IMG/VR virus record: IMGVR_UViG_3300036830_000392
Location: 4,848 to 68,847 of that record
From: a virus
Reading direction: 5' to 3' (one strand)
DNA: 64,000 nt
The position numbers and the translations under genes are program-made. Positions 35,893-45,720 of the stretch are shown piece by piece; position 1 is the stretch's first letter; each line of letters starts with the position of its first letter. The notes beneath the pieces are model-generated. The model was not told the origin of the DNA. It saw nothing but the letters and a program-made list of their open reading frames with translations, and searched no databases.

Positions 35893-37705
35893 GGGTCGCC
35901 TCCGCCTTCGCCTGCGTCGGTCGGCCTGATCCGCTGAAGAGGTCGTGGGCAGCGCGGATGTCGTCGCCGATGTCCTCCACCAGCTCCAGCCCGCGCAGCT
36001 TGCTCAGGTTATTGCGGATGCTCGAGCCGCCCGGCGGATAGCCGGTCAGCTCTGCCAGCCGGTCCCGAGTTACCACCTTGGGATAGGCGCCGATGCAGGC
36101 GGTGAGGATCTTCGTCGACGCCTCTGGCAGTTCGCGCATCCAGTAATCGATCAGGGCGCGGCCGGTGGGCAGCGGCGTGAAGGTGCCGAGGGCCTTCCGC
36201 CCGGAGGCCGTGATCTCGATGTCGTCGCCGATGTCCGCGATCCAGCTGGAGCCGCGGCACACCGACAGGTTGTTTCGGATGCTGCTGCCGCCCGGCGGGT
36301 AGCCCGTCAGAATCGACAGCTTCCGCCTGGTGAGACGGGGGCCGCATTGCGCGAGCGCCGTGAGGATCCGCCGTGTGGCCTGCGGCATCTCGGAAGGAGA
36401 CTTGCGTTGACCGCCGTCAGGCGCGGGCTGGCGCATTTTCTCGCTGAACCCTCCTTTTGGGGTTGGATCGTGACCGTCTTGTGACCGCCGAATGGCACCG
36501 GCGCTGACGGGCAGGATAGGTGGCGGATCTGTGATTTTGATGCGCGCGCCAAAACGGATGGGCAGCCCCGTGAAGTCGTCGAACGCCTTCTCAACCGCTT
36601 CGATCAGCCGATCGACATTGGCCGCCACCTGGCGGAGCGTCTCCAATTCACCCGCAGCCTTCGCAGAGACCTCGATGTGCTGGGCGAGCTGCTCGCGCAG
36701 TTGATCGCGCTCCCGCAACACCTCGCGCGCCACTGGGCCCGACATCCCGCCCACACTGGCGCCGGCCAGCTCGGCGCGCAGTCGAGCTATCTCGGCGCGC
36801 AGCACCTTCGGGTCGTTGGCCTTGATCTCCTCGATCGTCGCCGCCATTGCCGTCCGCACCATCCCGAGATCGATCGACGGCAACGCTTGGGCGGCAGCGC
36901 GATCACCTTGCTCGGGGGTCTTGCTGGCGTCGAAGGTGCGCTTGGGGAAGAAGCGCACCTCGCGTGCGCCGTCTGGCAGCCAGGCGATCAGATTGCCCTT
37001 GGCCAGGGTGGGCAGAAGCGCGAGCGGACCGGCGTCCCGATCCTGGTCAGCCGCCCAACCCTGGATCGCCTTCCGATCCTGCGGGCCCTTCAACTTCCCG
37101 GTGAACAGCATCTCCGAAAGATTCAAGGCGCCTTTGTTCACCTCGGCCGCGCGCTGCGAGACGAGCGAACCACCGATCCCGAAATTGCGCCCCAGCTTCC
37201 ACAGCCGCTTGACCGCGCCGACCATCATGGTGGCGCCGGCCTCCACCTGCTGGGGCAGAAACTCGTGGGCCTCCTCCAAGACGATGTGCACCGGGCTCCG
37301 ATTGCGTTTCTTCAGGTCGAACAGATCGCGGGCGAAGTCGGTAACGAAACGGCGCTGCGCGGCCTCGGAAGGGAACTCCGACACGTCGAGCACCACCGAC
37401 AGACCGCGCTCTGCCACCAGCTGGGCGCAGAGACTGCCGGCGGTCGGCTCCAGTGGGACGTCGCCGTGCCAGCCGCCGAACACCGGAATCCCGATGCCGG
37501 GCCCGCGCCCGTCGGCCGCGAGACGCAACCCCCACCAGACCCCCACGGGATCGACGATCACCACCTGGGCGCCGGCGGCGTGGAACTCTTCCACCATCTT
37601 GCCGGCGCCGTAGGTCTTGCCCGATCCCCGCGTGCCGAGAAAGCCATAGGTCTCGGTGATGGCGTTGTCGGGCAGTTCCAGATTCGTGGCGAGGCGAAAC
37701 GTCAT
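35885..37705 (-). CDS. HerA/DUF87-like ATPase with tandem C-terminal winged helices
   Basis: GTRGSGKT, VDPVG, LEEAH, GRNFG and SQR. Duplicated L..LTGYPPGGSSIRNNLS. Confidence 0.85.
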   Translation of the reverse strand: MTFRLATNLELPDNAITETYGFLGTRGSGKTYGAGKMVEEFHAAGAQVVIVDPVGVWWGLRLAADGRGPGIGIPVFGGWHGDVPLEPTAGSLCAQLVAERGLSVVLDVSEFPSEAAQRRFVTDFARDLFDLKKRNRSPVHIVLEEAHEFLPQQVEAGATMMVGAVKRLWKLGRNFGIGGSLVSQRAAEVNKGALNLSEMLFTGKLKGPQDRKAIQGWAADQDRDAGPLALLPTLAKGNLIAWLPDGAREVRFFPKRTFDASKTPEQGDRAAAQALPSIDLGMVRTAMAATIEEIKANDPKVLRAEIARLRAELAGASVGGMSGPVAREVLRERDQLREQLAQHIEVSAKAAGELETLRQVAANVDRLIEAVEKAFDDFTGLPIRFGARIKITDPPPILPVSAGAIRRSQDGHDPTPKGGFSEKMRQPAPDGGQRKSPSEMPQATRRILTALAQCGPRLTRRKLSILTGYPPGGSSIRNNLSVCRGSSWIADIGDDIEITASGRKALGTFTPLPTGRALIDYWMRELPEASTKILTACIGAYPKVVTRDRLAELTGYPPGGSSIRNNLSKLRGLELVEDIGDDIRAAHDLFSGSGRPTQAKAEATHG

Positions 37706-37871
37706 GGCTTCACGTTCCCGCCCAGGAGATCCAACTGCCCAGGCAGGGGCTTTCTCGGGTCCACGGGCGCCTGGCGTAACGGGCACCAGATCAGGTGATC
37801 CTCCGGGAGCGCTGTCTTCTCCCATTCTTCGGTGTGCCCGCACGCGCACAGTTCAGCCTCCACGAACGGCA

Positions 37872-38489
37872 TCACCCCGCCTTTCGCGCGGGCTCATCGG
37901 TCTCGATCGCCTCGACCACCAGCTCGCCGGCGGCCACGAGAGGCAGATGGGACCAGGATTTTCCCGCCAGGATCAGTCGAATATTCCAGCGGCTGACGCC
38001 AAACGCTTTCGACAGCGCGTTCTTCGCTTCGCCCTTGGCGTGCCGATTGATTATCTCTCTCACGTTTGCCTCCGTGAGCTTGACCATTGGATGGTCCTCT
38101 CCGCGCGCACACCGCTCCGGGAGACGCTTGGTCCAGTGGCGATCTCCCGTCAGGAGATTCAATGGCACGCATTTGGATCCTCGTGCCTGTCTGCCCTTGG
38201 CCTGCCTGTCGGCTGTGTTTTCCTGCTGCGTGCCGAGGAAGAAATGATCACCACGCACGCATCGCGGGTTGTCGCATTTGTGGCACACACAGAGCCCAAC
38301 TGGAATTGGACCGCACTGAAGCTCGAAGCCGACGCGATTGACCCGCAAGTTCTTTCGGTTATTCGCGATCTGGCCGTACTTGTTGCGATAGGAACCGATC
38401 CACTCCCAGCACCGTCCGTGAATCGGATGAACCGGGCCATTGATCTTGTCGACCTTTGCCCAAAACCGAACGTCCAGCGGTGGCTTCAT
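37872..38489 (-). CDS. HNH homing endonuclease
   Basis: RFWAKVDK, CWEWIG, VCHKCDNPRCVRGDH and GTQQEN motifs. Lower GC than flanks. Confidence 0.9.
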   Translation of the reverse strand: MKPPLDVRFWAKVDKINGPVHPIHGRCWEWIGSYRNKYGQIANNRKNLRVNRVGFELQCGPIPVGLCVCHKCDNPRCVRGDHFFLGTQQENTADRQAKGRQARGSKCVPLNLLTGDRHWTKRLPERCARGEDHPMVKLTEANVREIINRHAKGEAKNALSKAFGVSRWNIRLILAGKSWSHLPLVAAGELVVEAIETDEPARKAG

Positions 38490-40027
38490 GGGTTCCCTCC
38501 TTCGTCGGGTTCGATCGCTTCCAAGACAAGATCGCCTTCGGAGACCCGTGTTCCTAAGAGCTGAAACCCGTCACGCGTGGCGAATTGGACGAATTCCTCC
38601 ATCGCCTTCTTGTCGAGGCGCTCCAGCCCATCGACCACCAGGATCTTCGCCTTCGCGTTCGCCCGGCGCGCCAGGTCGATCGCGAACTGCATCTGTTCCG
38701 CGCCCGAAAGGTTGTCGATCGAAACGCCGTCCAGGGTGATCCCGGCTTCGGTCAGCGCGAGCCCCGGGATCAGATCGGCGCGCCCGGCCAGCTCGCGCGG
38801 GGCGACGTTGGTCAGCGTGTCGACGATCTTGTCGTACGCCGCAGCGTCGGCCGCCTTTTCCTTCGCCTCGCCTTCGGCCTCCTCGGCCGCCAGCCGGGCG
38901 AGATCGGCAAGCCCGGCTGCGTGCGCGCGGACCACGTTCTCCTTGGCCGCCTGGACCGCCTTCTCGACGGCCGCGATCTGATCGGGCGTGGCGACCAGGG
39001 CGCCGACGCTTGCGAGGGAGGCCTCCAGCGAGTCGGCCTGTTCCTCGAACCCCGCCGCCTTCTCGCAGCATTCATTGAAGGTATTCAGTCGATCCGTGAA
39101 GCCGTCACAAATCGCGATCGCCCGTCGTTCCTCCAATTCGGCCGCCGCCAGTTCAAGCCGAAGGTTCAGGCATTTTGCTTCGGCTGTGGCTCGCTTCGTT
39201 TCTGCCTCGGCGATCTCGTCCGGCGTCGGAACGAGGCCGGCGTCGGAACGCAGGTCTCGAGCGGTGGCCCTCAGTTTCTCGATCTTCTCGCGCGTGGCCG
39301 CGCTCGCCCTGTGCGCCCGCTCAGCCGCCGCCGCCCGCCCTTTGATCTCGTTCAGCTCACTGACGACGGCATTCAATTCCGACTCGGCTTGCGCCTTGTC
39401 GGGCGCGCCATCCAGCGCGGATGCCTGGCGGGCCGCCTCTTCGGCGGCGGTCTTCGCCTTCGCCGCGGTCTCTTTGGCGGTCTTGTTCGCGTCGGCCCGC
39501 CACGAGTAGTAGGTCTTGCGGAGCCGCTCCAACTCCTCGAGGCCGTGACCATCGTAGGCGGTGGCTACGTCAGAATCGGGTACGAACCCGGTCCAGCGTT
39601 CGACATCCTGGGCGGTGATCTTGAGCGGCATCGCCTCCAAGATCTGCCGGCGCCGTTCTTTCGGATCGGCCAGGAAGAACGCCAGCGGGTCCAGCGGCGC
39701 AGCGCCAAAGAGTTCGGTCAGATACGTCTGCGGCTTGGCCTTGTTGTCGCCGTCGGTGGTCTTCACCGTCAGCGACGTCCCCTTGGCGCTGATCGACCGA
39801 CGGACCTTCAGAGCGTCCAAGTCGATCAGGATCTCGGCCTGGGTCTCGCCGACATGGATCGCGTCCGCCCCGATGCCCTGCGCGCCCAATGCGGCGCCGA
39901 TGGCCTTGAGGATCGACGTCTTCCCGCGGGCGTTGCCGCCGCCGATGATGGCGCCGCCCGGCGGGACCTCGACGCTCAGATCGCGCAGGCCCCTGTAGTT
40001 CTTGATCGCAAGGCGCGTGATCTTCAT
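38486..40027 (-). CDS. SMC/RecF-like ABC ATPase
   Basis: GGNARGKT, long coiled coil, LSGAE signature and VVDGLE. Confidence 0.88.
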   Translation of the reverse strand: MKITRLAIKNYRGLRDLSVEVPPGGAIIGGGNARGKTSILKAIGAALGAQGIGADAIHVGETQAEILIDLDALKVRRSISAKGTSLTVKTTDGDNKAKPQTYLTELFGAAPLDPLAFFLADPKERRRQILEAMPLKITAQDVERWTGFVPDSDVATAYDGHGLEELERLRKTYYSWRADANKTAKETAAKAKTAAEEAARQASALDGAPDKAQAESELNAVVSELNEIKGRAAAAERAHRASAATREKIEKLRATARDLRSDAGLVPTPDEIAEAETKRATAEAKCLNLRLELAAAELEERRAIAICDGFTDRLNTFNECCEKAAGFEEQADSLEASLASVGALVATPDQIAAVEKAVQAAKENVVRAHAAGLADLARLAAEEAEGEAKEKAADAAAYDKIVDTLTNVAPRELAGRADLIPGLALTEAGITLDGVSIDNLSGAEQMQFAIDLARRANAKAKILVVDGLERLDKKAMEEFVQFATRDGFQLLGTRVSEGDLVLEAIEPDEGGNP

Positions 40028-40029
40028 GG

Positions 40030-40794
40030 TCAGACCTTCCCTTCCAGCTGAGGGAAGCGCTTGATCAGGTCCTTGGCCGGCGAGAGGCCGAGCACCCAAT
40101 CGAGCACGAGCCAGCCATCGCCGGGGCCGATCGCGTCCCGCGCTGCCTCCAGCTTCTTCGCGCCCGGCCGGACCAGTGTCGTGCGGGCCTTGCGCGCCTT
40201 CGGCGGGGCGTCCGGGTCCAGCTTCAGCAGCCGCGAGATCGAAGACAGCGGGACGCCGAGGTCCTCGGCGATTTCTTCGTGCGAGACCCCTAGCGCGTCG
40301 AGGCGTTGGGCATTGAAGGCGTTCTCCTGGGGCGTGACGGCCCGCCGGTGAGCGTTCTCGGCGCCCATCACCTTGCGCACCTTGGCGGCGCCGCCGGCGG
40401 GCGCGAGCGGGCGCACCGTCAGCCGGATGCCTTTGGCGCCGACCAGCTCGATGATGCGCTTGCCGAGGTCGCTGTTCCGGTGCCGATCGATTGCGTCGAC
40501 GACCGGGGCGATCTTCCCCTTGTACAGGTGGGCGCCGACCAGGTGGTCGATGACCGTCGCCGCCTTCCAGCGCTGTTTGCCGAAGACCACGATCGGTGTC
40601 CCGTTCCGATCCTGGGCCTTGAGGTCCTGCAGCACGCCGTGGGTGGCGATCGAAAGCAAGAACGAGTCGGCGATCAGGTCGTGGATGCTCCGGTCGTAGA
40701 GCGGATCCTTCGGGTCGGTGATGACGGTCAGTTCGTGCGCGTGCGCGGCGAAGGCGACGGTGCGCTGCAGGTCGAGTGCTTGGGTGCCGGCCAT
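40030..40794 (-). CDS. ParB-like protein with an HTH
   Basis: SIATHGVLQ, VFGKQRWKA, ENAHR and GVSHEEIAEDLG motifs. Confidence 0.7.
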   Translation of the reverse strand: MAGTQALDLQRTVAFAAHAHELTVITDPKDPLYDRSIHDLIADSFLLSIATHGVLQDLKAQDRNGTPIVVFGKQRWKAATVIDHLVGAHLYKGKIAPVVDAIDRHRNSDLGKRIIELVGAKGIRLTVRPLAPAGGAAKVRKVMGAENAHRRAVTPQENAFNAQRLDALGVSHEEIAEDLGVPLSSISRLLKLDPDAPPKARKARTTLVRPGAKKLEAARDAIGPGDGWLVLDWVLGLSPAKDLIKRFPQLEGKV

Positions 40795-40869
40795 GGTAAA
40801 TCCTTAAGAAAGGGTGCGCCCGCCGCCCGCGCCGGCACCATTACCGACGGGGCGGCGGGCAGGAAATCG

Positions 40870-42033
40870 CTAACGGCCCTTCGCCATCTCGTCGGCGGTG
40901 GGCGCGGCGGCAGCCCGGTTGGCTGCGTCTTCGTCGCCGTCGTCACCCGGCTCGCGGGCGGCGGGGACGGGCTTGCTGATGTTGTCCTCCGGCTTGGCGG
41001 CCGCCTCTCGCTTTGCCTTCGCGTCCTTCGCGACGTCGTTGACGGTCGGCTTGCTCTTGGCGGCCGGCGGCGTCCCGCCCGTGGTAGTTTTGGAGGCGTC
41101 TCGTTTTGCCTTCTCGGCCTCGAAGTCGCGTCTGTGCTCGGCGACGTCAGCCCATGTGGCCTCGCCCTCCTTGATGGCCGAATAGATGGCGCGCAGATGC
41201 TGGAGTTCCTGCGGCGTCAGGGCGCCGAGATCGTGGCCGACGTATTCCGTGAGATGGTTCGGCAACACGCCGACCTCCGCGAATGAATCAATCATCGCCT
41301 TGCGCGCCCCCTGCGGATCGGCGGCATCTTTCTTCGCCTGGATCTCAACGATTTCCTGCTTGGCCTCCTCTTGGATATCGCTCGGCAGCAGCATCAGGAT
41401 CTTGTCGCGCAGGGCCTTTGACGTCAGCGCGCCGGCCTTTACCAGCAGATCGTCGTCGGTTGCCTCGACGATGTAGACAGCGTCGCCGTACGAGTTCACC
41501 CGCTGCGAGATAGCGGTCTGGCCCTTTTTCAGCTTCGAGCGTTCAACGGTCTTCTCGACGTTGATGTCCTTAAAGTGGACGGTGTTGGTCTCCATGTCGG
41601 TGACCGAGATGCGGATGATTCGGCGGCGCGGGTCATCGTAGACGATGAGCGATTCGGTCATCGCGTTGCCCAGCGCCCTGATCGCTTCCTCGGCAAACCT
41701 GATGCTCAATCCGGTAACGAACTGTTCCTCCCATTTCCCGGTGTCCTCGTTGTACTTCCTGCCGACTGGCTTTTTGTACAGGGCGCCCTTGGCGAACAGG
41801 GGCCGTTTGCAGGCGCCAAGGATCTTCACCCGCGCCAAGTCAATGTCCCGCGGGCGCTGCAGGGCCATCACGAAGCGCGCCTGCACCGCAGCGGCAGCCT
41901 GTGCAGCCAGTGCGTTGGCCGCGGTCTCCGCTTTGCGGTCGTGAACGATGGCGCCGAATTCAGTGCGTGTCGTCAGGCCGGATTCTGCGGCGGGTGGCTG
42001 CGGAACGGTCACGGTCTTTGGCTCGCTGCTCAT
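40870..42033 (-). CDS. Putative single-strand annealing protein
   Basis: Coupled to YqaJ. MALQRPRD..LYKKP..GLSIRFAE core and a disordered C-terminus. Confidence 0.55.
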   Translation of the reverse strand: MSSEPKTVTVPQPPAAESGLTTRTEFGAIVHDRKAETAANALAAQAAAAVQARFVMALQRPRDIDLARVKILGACKRPLFAKGALYKKPVGRKYNEDTGKWEEQFVTGLSIRFAEEAIRALGNAMTESLIVYDDPRRRIIRISVTDMETNTVHFKDINVEKTVERSKLKKGQTAISQRVNSYGDAVYIVEATDDDLLVKAGALTSKALRDKILMLLPSDIQEEAKQEIVEIQAKKDAADPQGARKAMIDSFAEVGVLPNHLTEYVGHDLGALTPQELQHLRAIYSAIKEGEATWADVAEHRRDFEAEKAKRDASKTTTGGTPPAAKSKPTVNDVAKDAKAKREAAAKPEDNISKPVPAAREPGDDGDEDAANRAAAAPTADEMAKGR

Positions 42034-42983
42034 GGTCGTTTCCCCTTTTCGAGTTTCAGGCTGCGGTAAGTCGTTGGATCAACAGCGAAGCCGCTGCGGG
42101 CTGTCGTCTTCAGCGAAAGGCGGCGCCCGTCAGGCAAGCGGCCGAAAGTGGCCGACCCGATCAGCGCGCGCAGCTTCGCGTCGGCGTCCTTCTTGCGCTT
42201 CTCGGCGGCGGACAACGAAGCGCGGATTTCTGTCAGTTCCTCCCAAATCGCGATCGCCTCTGACGGCAAAGGAACCTCCGTGCCGTCGTCGGCCGGATGC
42301 AGGCGCGCCAGCGTTTCGAGTGCTCGCCCGTCGATCTCGTCGAGCGAAGGTGGACTGCCGGTCTCGACCAGCCGCCAGAACGCCACGGCCTGGGCCTCAA
42401 GCTCGGCGATGAACTCCGGGTTGCGCTCGACCTCGAAGTGCCGAAAGCGGTTACCGCCGATCAGGACGGCGACGCTCGACCACTCCAGGCCGAGCACCGA
42501 CATTTCGTGCTGGACTTGAATCTGAACGTGGACCGGCGGTCCTTCCTCCCAGTCATGCGACTTGAATGCGGCGGCGTTCTTGATCTGCAGCGTCCCGCGA
42601 GTGGCGCGGCCCGGCGACGAGATGACCATGCGGTCGGGCGTGGCCAGCAGGATCGGGATCGTCGAGTGGCGCGCGATGCAGAACGGAGAACCCTGCCAGA
42701 TCGTTGAGCCAGTGACGGCGGCGTACCGGTCGGCGATCAGCGGCTCCAGCAGGTTGCCCCAGTCGAGCCATTCGCCGTCGCCGCCCTCGTGCTGCAGGCG
42801 CCCGGTCTTCTCGGCCCAGAGCGACAACTTGGTATGCCAGGGCGACTGACCGAAGAGCGCGGACGAATCGCTGGCGCCGATGCCCTTGGTGCGGGCGGCC
42901 AGCCACCGGTCGCGGGTCTCGTAGTCGGTGAGCTGGAGGGTGGGCAGCGGATCGGGGAGTGCCTGTGCGATTGCGGTGCTCAT
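42030..42983 (-). CDS. YqaJ-like (lambda-type) exonuclease
   Basis: WLAARTKGIGASD, WGNLLEP, ATPDR, LQIK and QVQHEM motifs. Confidence 0.92.
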   Translation of the reverse strand: MSTAIAQALPDPLPTLQLTDYETRDRWLAARTKGIGASDSSALFGQSPWHTKLSLWAEKTGRLQHEGGDGEWLDWGNLLEPLIADRYAAVTGSTIWQGSPFCIARHSTIPILLATPDRMVISSPGRATRGTLQIKNAAAFKSHDWEEGPPVHVQIQVQHEMSVLGLEWSSVAVLIGGNRFRHFEVERNPEFIAELEAQAVAFWRLVETGSPPSLDEIDGRALETLARLHPADDGTEVPLPSEAIAIWEELTEIRASLSAAEKRKKDADAKLRALIGSATFGRLPDGRRLSLKTTARSGFAVDPTTYRSLKLEKGKRP

Positions 42984-43008
42984 CGTGATCTCCTTTTGAG
43001 GAAGGAAA

Positions 43009-43063
43009 ACGTTAACAGTCTGTTCACACTGCGGTCAACACAAAACGTGAACGCTTCGTTTAC
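43009..43063 (-). promoter_or_regulatory. sigma70-like promoter of the recombination operon with two operator boxes
   Basis: TTGACC-18-TAACGT. GTNNAC-N5-GTNNAC at 43011-43027 and 43047-43063. Confidence 0.65.
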
Positions 43064-43075
43064 GGACGACGACGA

Positions 43076-43549
43076 TCAGGCTTTGGTGGCGCGGATGCCG
43101 CCCGGCCAGTTCGCCTTCGTCGCTCGATAACCGATCAGCTTCTCGACGGCGCCGGCAACTTCTTCGGAGATTCGGCGCTCACCCGCGAGGGCCATGGAAA
43201 CAGCAGGCGGCGTGACCTTATGGCCCTTCGCGCGCAGTTCGGCGCACAGCCCCCTGATCGACATGCGGTGAGCGTCGGCAGCCTTCTGGAGACGGGCCAG
43301 CGCCGAATGCGGATCCTTCACGTTACCCGCGCTCCTGTTGAGCGCGGCTGCTGATGCCGGAGGTGTTAACACTCCGTTCACGGTACCGACCGATCGGCGC
43401 GCGGGCAAGCCAAATTCTTTCTCCATCCGCCGCCCCGACTCCTCGACCAGCCCCCGAATCCGCTCGTTTAGCGCGTCGATCTGAGCCTGCAGCGCCGCCC
43501 GCTCGCCGACGAGCTGGCCGATCTTCCGCCGCCGGGTCTCGTCGTCCAC
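43076..43549 (-). CDS. HTH regulator (possible internal start at 43372)
   Basis: MSIRGLCAEL...VTPPAVSMALAGERRIS HTH-like segment. Confidence 0.65.
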   Translation of the reverse strand: MDDETRRRKIGQLVGERAALQAQIDALNERIRGLVEESGRRMEKEFGLPARRSVGTVNGVLTPPASAAALNRSAGNVKDPHSALARLQKAADAHRMSIRGLCAELRAKGHKVTPPAVSMALAGERRISEEVAGAVEKLIGYRATKANWPGGIRATKA

Positions 43550-43561
43550 ACGGCGTGTCTA

Positions 43562-43972
43562 TCACTGCGTGCGAAGGAATGTCCACGAAGCCATGTAGGT
43601 ATGGCTGTCGTCCTGGATGCCGAAGAACATCCGGCTGCCGTCGGCGGTGGCGAATCCGTAGCAGTGGCGGGGGACGCCGTTGACGACGATCGGGTCGTTG
43701 AAGTGCCTGCCGTCGAGGTCGACGGTGCCGGTCACGACGTAGGTTGGCTGGGTCGGGTTGGCGGCGTCGGAGATGACCATCGAAAAGCCTTGGCCGGAGA
43801 CGGCGACATTGGCGCGGACCTGGGCCGGCGTGGATCCGTTCGCGCTGAACCAGGTCCCGACGACCGGCGACGTCAGCGCGGCGGACTTCATCTGCGCCGG
43901 ATCGTCGTCTCCCAGGCAGGCGGTCAAGGGAAGGCAGAGCAGGGCGAGCACGAGCAGCTTGGACGTCTTCAT
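43562..43972 (-). CDS. Lipoprotein
   Basis: MKTSKLLVLALLCLPLTAC lipobox. AAGGAG RBS. Confidence 0.75.
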   Translation of the reverse strand: MKTSKLLVLALLCLPLTACLGDDDPAQMKSAALTSPVVGTWFSANGSTPAQVRANVAVSGQGFSMVISDAANPTQPTYVVTGTVDLDGRHFNDPIVVNGVPRHCYGFATADGSRMFFGIQDDSHTYMASWTFLRTQ

Positions 43973-43974
43973 GG

Positions 43975-44220
43975 TCAGTCTCCTTTGTCGGTGATTTCGT
44001 AGTTGCCGATGATTCCGGCGACGATGTTGGCGGCGCGCTCAGCGATCTGAAGTTCGGTGAGGTCGGCATCTCCGCGCGTCACCAGGACGCGGATGCCGTC
44101 AGAGACGTCTTTGACGAGCTTCCGTGTCAGCGCTTCGCGGCGCTCGCGGCAGTAGTCGAGCAAGCGCGACGTCTCGGGACCGAGCGGTGCGATCTCTTCG
44201 GTGATCAGCGGGACTTTCAC
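43975..44220 (-). CDS. Hypothetical protein
   Basis: GGAGG RBS and GTGA coupling. Confidence 0.55.
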   Translation of the reverse strand: MKVPLITEEIAPLGPETSRLLDYCRERREALTRKLVKDVSDGIRVLVTRGDADLTELQIAERAANIVAGIIGNYEITDKGD

Positions 44221-45050
44221 GGCCGTGCCTCCGCGCTGACCGGCTTGAGACGAGCTCCGCCGGCGATGGCGTTCAGCTTCGCCACCAGGTCCATGCGCCG
44301 AAAGCGGAGGTGCATGTTCCCGTTCTTGAAGCCCTTGAACTCGAACAGCTCGGTGGCGCCGATGCAGGGCTGACCGTTCGGGATCGACTTGATCCGCGTC
44401 GCGATGGCGCTGTAGTAGCCGTCTTCCGGCCGGGCCTCGCCGGCCACCATGTAGAAGACGTTCTCCAACGCTGTCAGGTACTGATCGCGATAGTGGCAGG
44501 TGTCCCAATTGCGGCCGAACCCGCGGGAGACAACGCTCGTCAACACCACGCGCTCCCCGATCTCGAACTGGCTGTTGGTCTTGTACCGGTCGCCCCGCGG
44601 GCGCAGCCAGTCGAAGACTTCGTCCACCGCCGCCTTGAGCATGGCGGGGATGTCCTCGCGGAACTGTTCCACCATGCTGGTCAGGTTCTCGGCGTTGATC
44701 TCGGGTGGGTCTTCGCTTTCGACCTCCTTCTGAAGCTTCTCCCAGGCCGCGATCGACATCGCGCGGCGGATCTGCATCCGCTCGATCAGCGCCTGCCAGA
44801 CGTCCCGGCGCAGGTGCACCAGGTGCTCGTCGGGCTCGCGAAAGTGGGGCATGGCCTCCCGGCTGAAGCGACTTCGGAGGTGAAGGTTCTCTTTGCCGAG
44901 CGCGATCGTGTTGTTGAGGCTGTCGGTCGCCCCGACGATCAGGGCGAAGCCGGCGCGGATGTCCGCTTCGGCCTTCTGGTAGATCCGCACCAGTTCCTCG
45001 ACGGTGTTGTGCTCGGTGAGCGTCCCGTCCTCTGGCGCCGCCCAGGTCAC
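44217..45050 (-). CDS. DUF4942-like protein
   Basis: EVFDWLRP...YKTN and GFKNGNMHLRF..DLVAKLNAIAGG motifs. Confidence 0.75.
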   Translation of the reverse strand: MTWAAPEDGTLTEHNTVEELVRIYQKAEADIRAGFALIVGATDSLNNTIALGKENLHLRSRFSREAMPHFREPDEHLVHLRRDVWQALIERMQIRRAMSIAAWEKLQKEVESEDPPEINAENLTSMVEQFREDIPAMLKAAVDEVFDWLRPRGDRYKTNSQFEIGERVVLTSVVSRGFGRNWDTCHYRDQYLTALENVFYMVAGEARPEDGYYSAIATRIKSIPNGQPCIGATELFEFKGFKNGNMHLRFRRMDLVAKLNAIAGGARLKPVSAEARP

Positions 45051-45141
45051 AGCCACCTCCCCGCTACGACGCGCATGATGATGGCGCCAATGGCGATGTA
45101 GCCGGCGACGACCGCGAAGGCCACGAAGGCTTGGCGGCGGG

Positions 45142-45720
45142 TCATGTTCGAACCACCGCGGCGATGACCACGGACACGCCCTCGCCGACGAACCCGACGC
45201 ACTCCGGGCAGTCCTCCCACGGGCGCCCGTTCTCGTCGTCATGGTCGGCGCGCGTGCTGATCCAGTGCTGCGAGCAGCAGTCGCAGAATCTGCAGATGCA
45301 TCCGCTTTCGGTCATGGCCCGTCCGCAGGTGCCGCACTGCCGGTGCCACGGGATGCCGGTGTTGACCATTGCTGCGTCGAGGTACTCGACGACGATCTTG
45401 ATCGCCGCGCCCGGCTGCCGGCCACGCAGAACCCAATACGCCTTTTCCGATAGCCGAAGTTCGCGGTGGGTCAGCGTGCGGTCCTCGGGCTCGAGAATCT
45501 CCAGTGGCACCTCACCGCGCAGCAGGTTGTCGCCCCACATGAACAGCGCGCACGGCTTGCACACCCGCCCTGCCAGCGGGTAGCCGACGAGCAGGCAGGT
45601 GTCTTCGTCGTGAGCGGCTTTGCGGCGCTCGCCGTGGCAGGTGATGCAGAGCTGGCGCTCGAAATCCGCCTGCTCTTCGTCGCTAGCCACGCGGTACCCG
45701 CTTTGGGTGAAAGCGCTCAA
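45142..45720 (-). CDS. Cys-rich hypothetical protein
   Basis: Multiple CxxC. Coupled TTG start. Confidence 0.55.
   Translation of the reverse strand: MSAFTQSGYRVASDEEQADFERQLCITCHGERRKAAHDEDTCLLVGYPLAGRVCKPCALFMWGDNLLRGEVPLEILEPEDRTLTHRELRLSEKAYWVLRGRQPGAAIKIVVEYLDAAMVNTGIPWHRQCGTCGRAMTESGCICRFCDCCSQHWISTRADHDDENGRPWEDCPECVGFVGEGVSVVIAAVVRT

Noticed and set aside
40810-40862. GC hairpin between the annealase and ParB-like genes as a terminator
   Set aside because: The stem is present but the U-tract is short and displaced, so support is insufficient.
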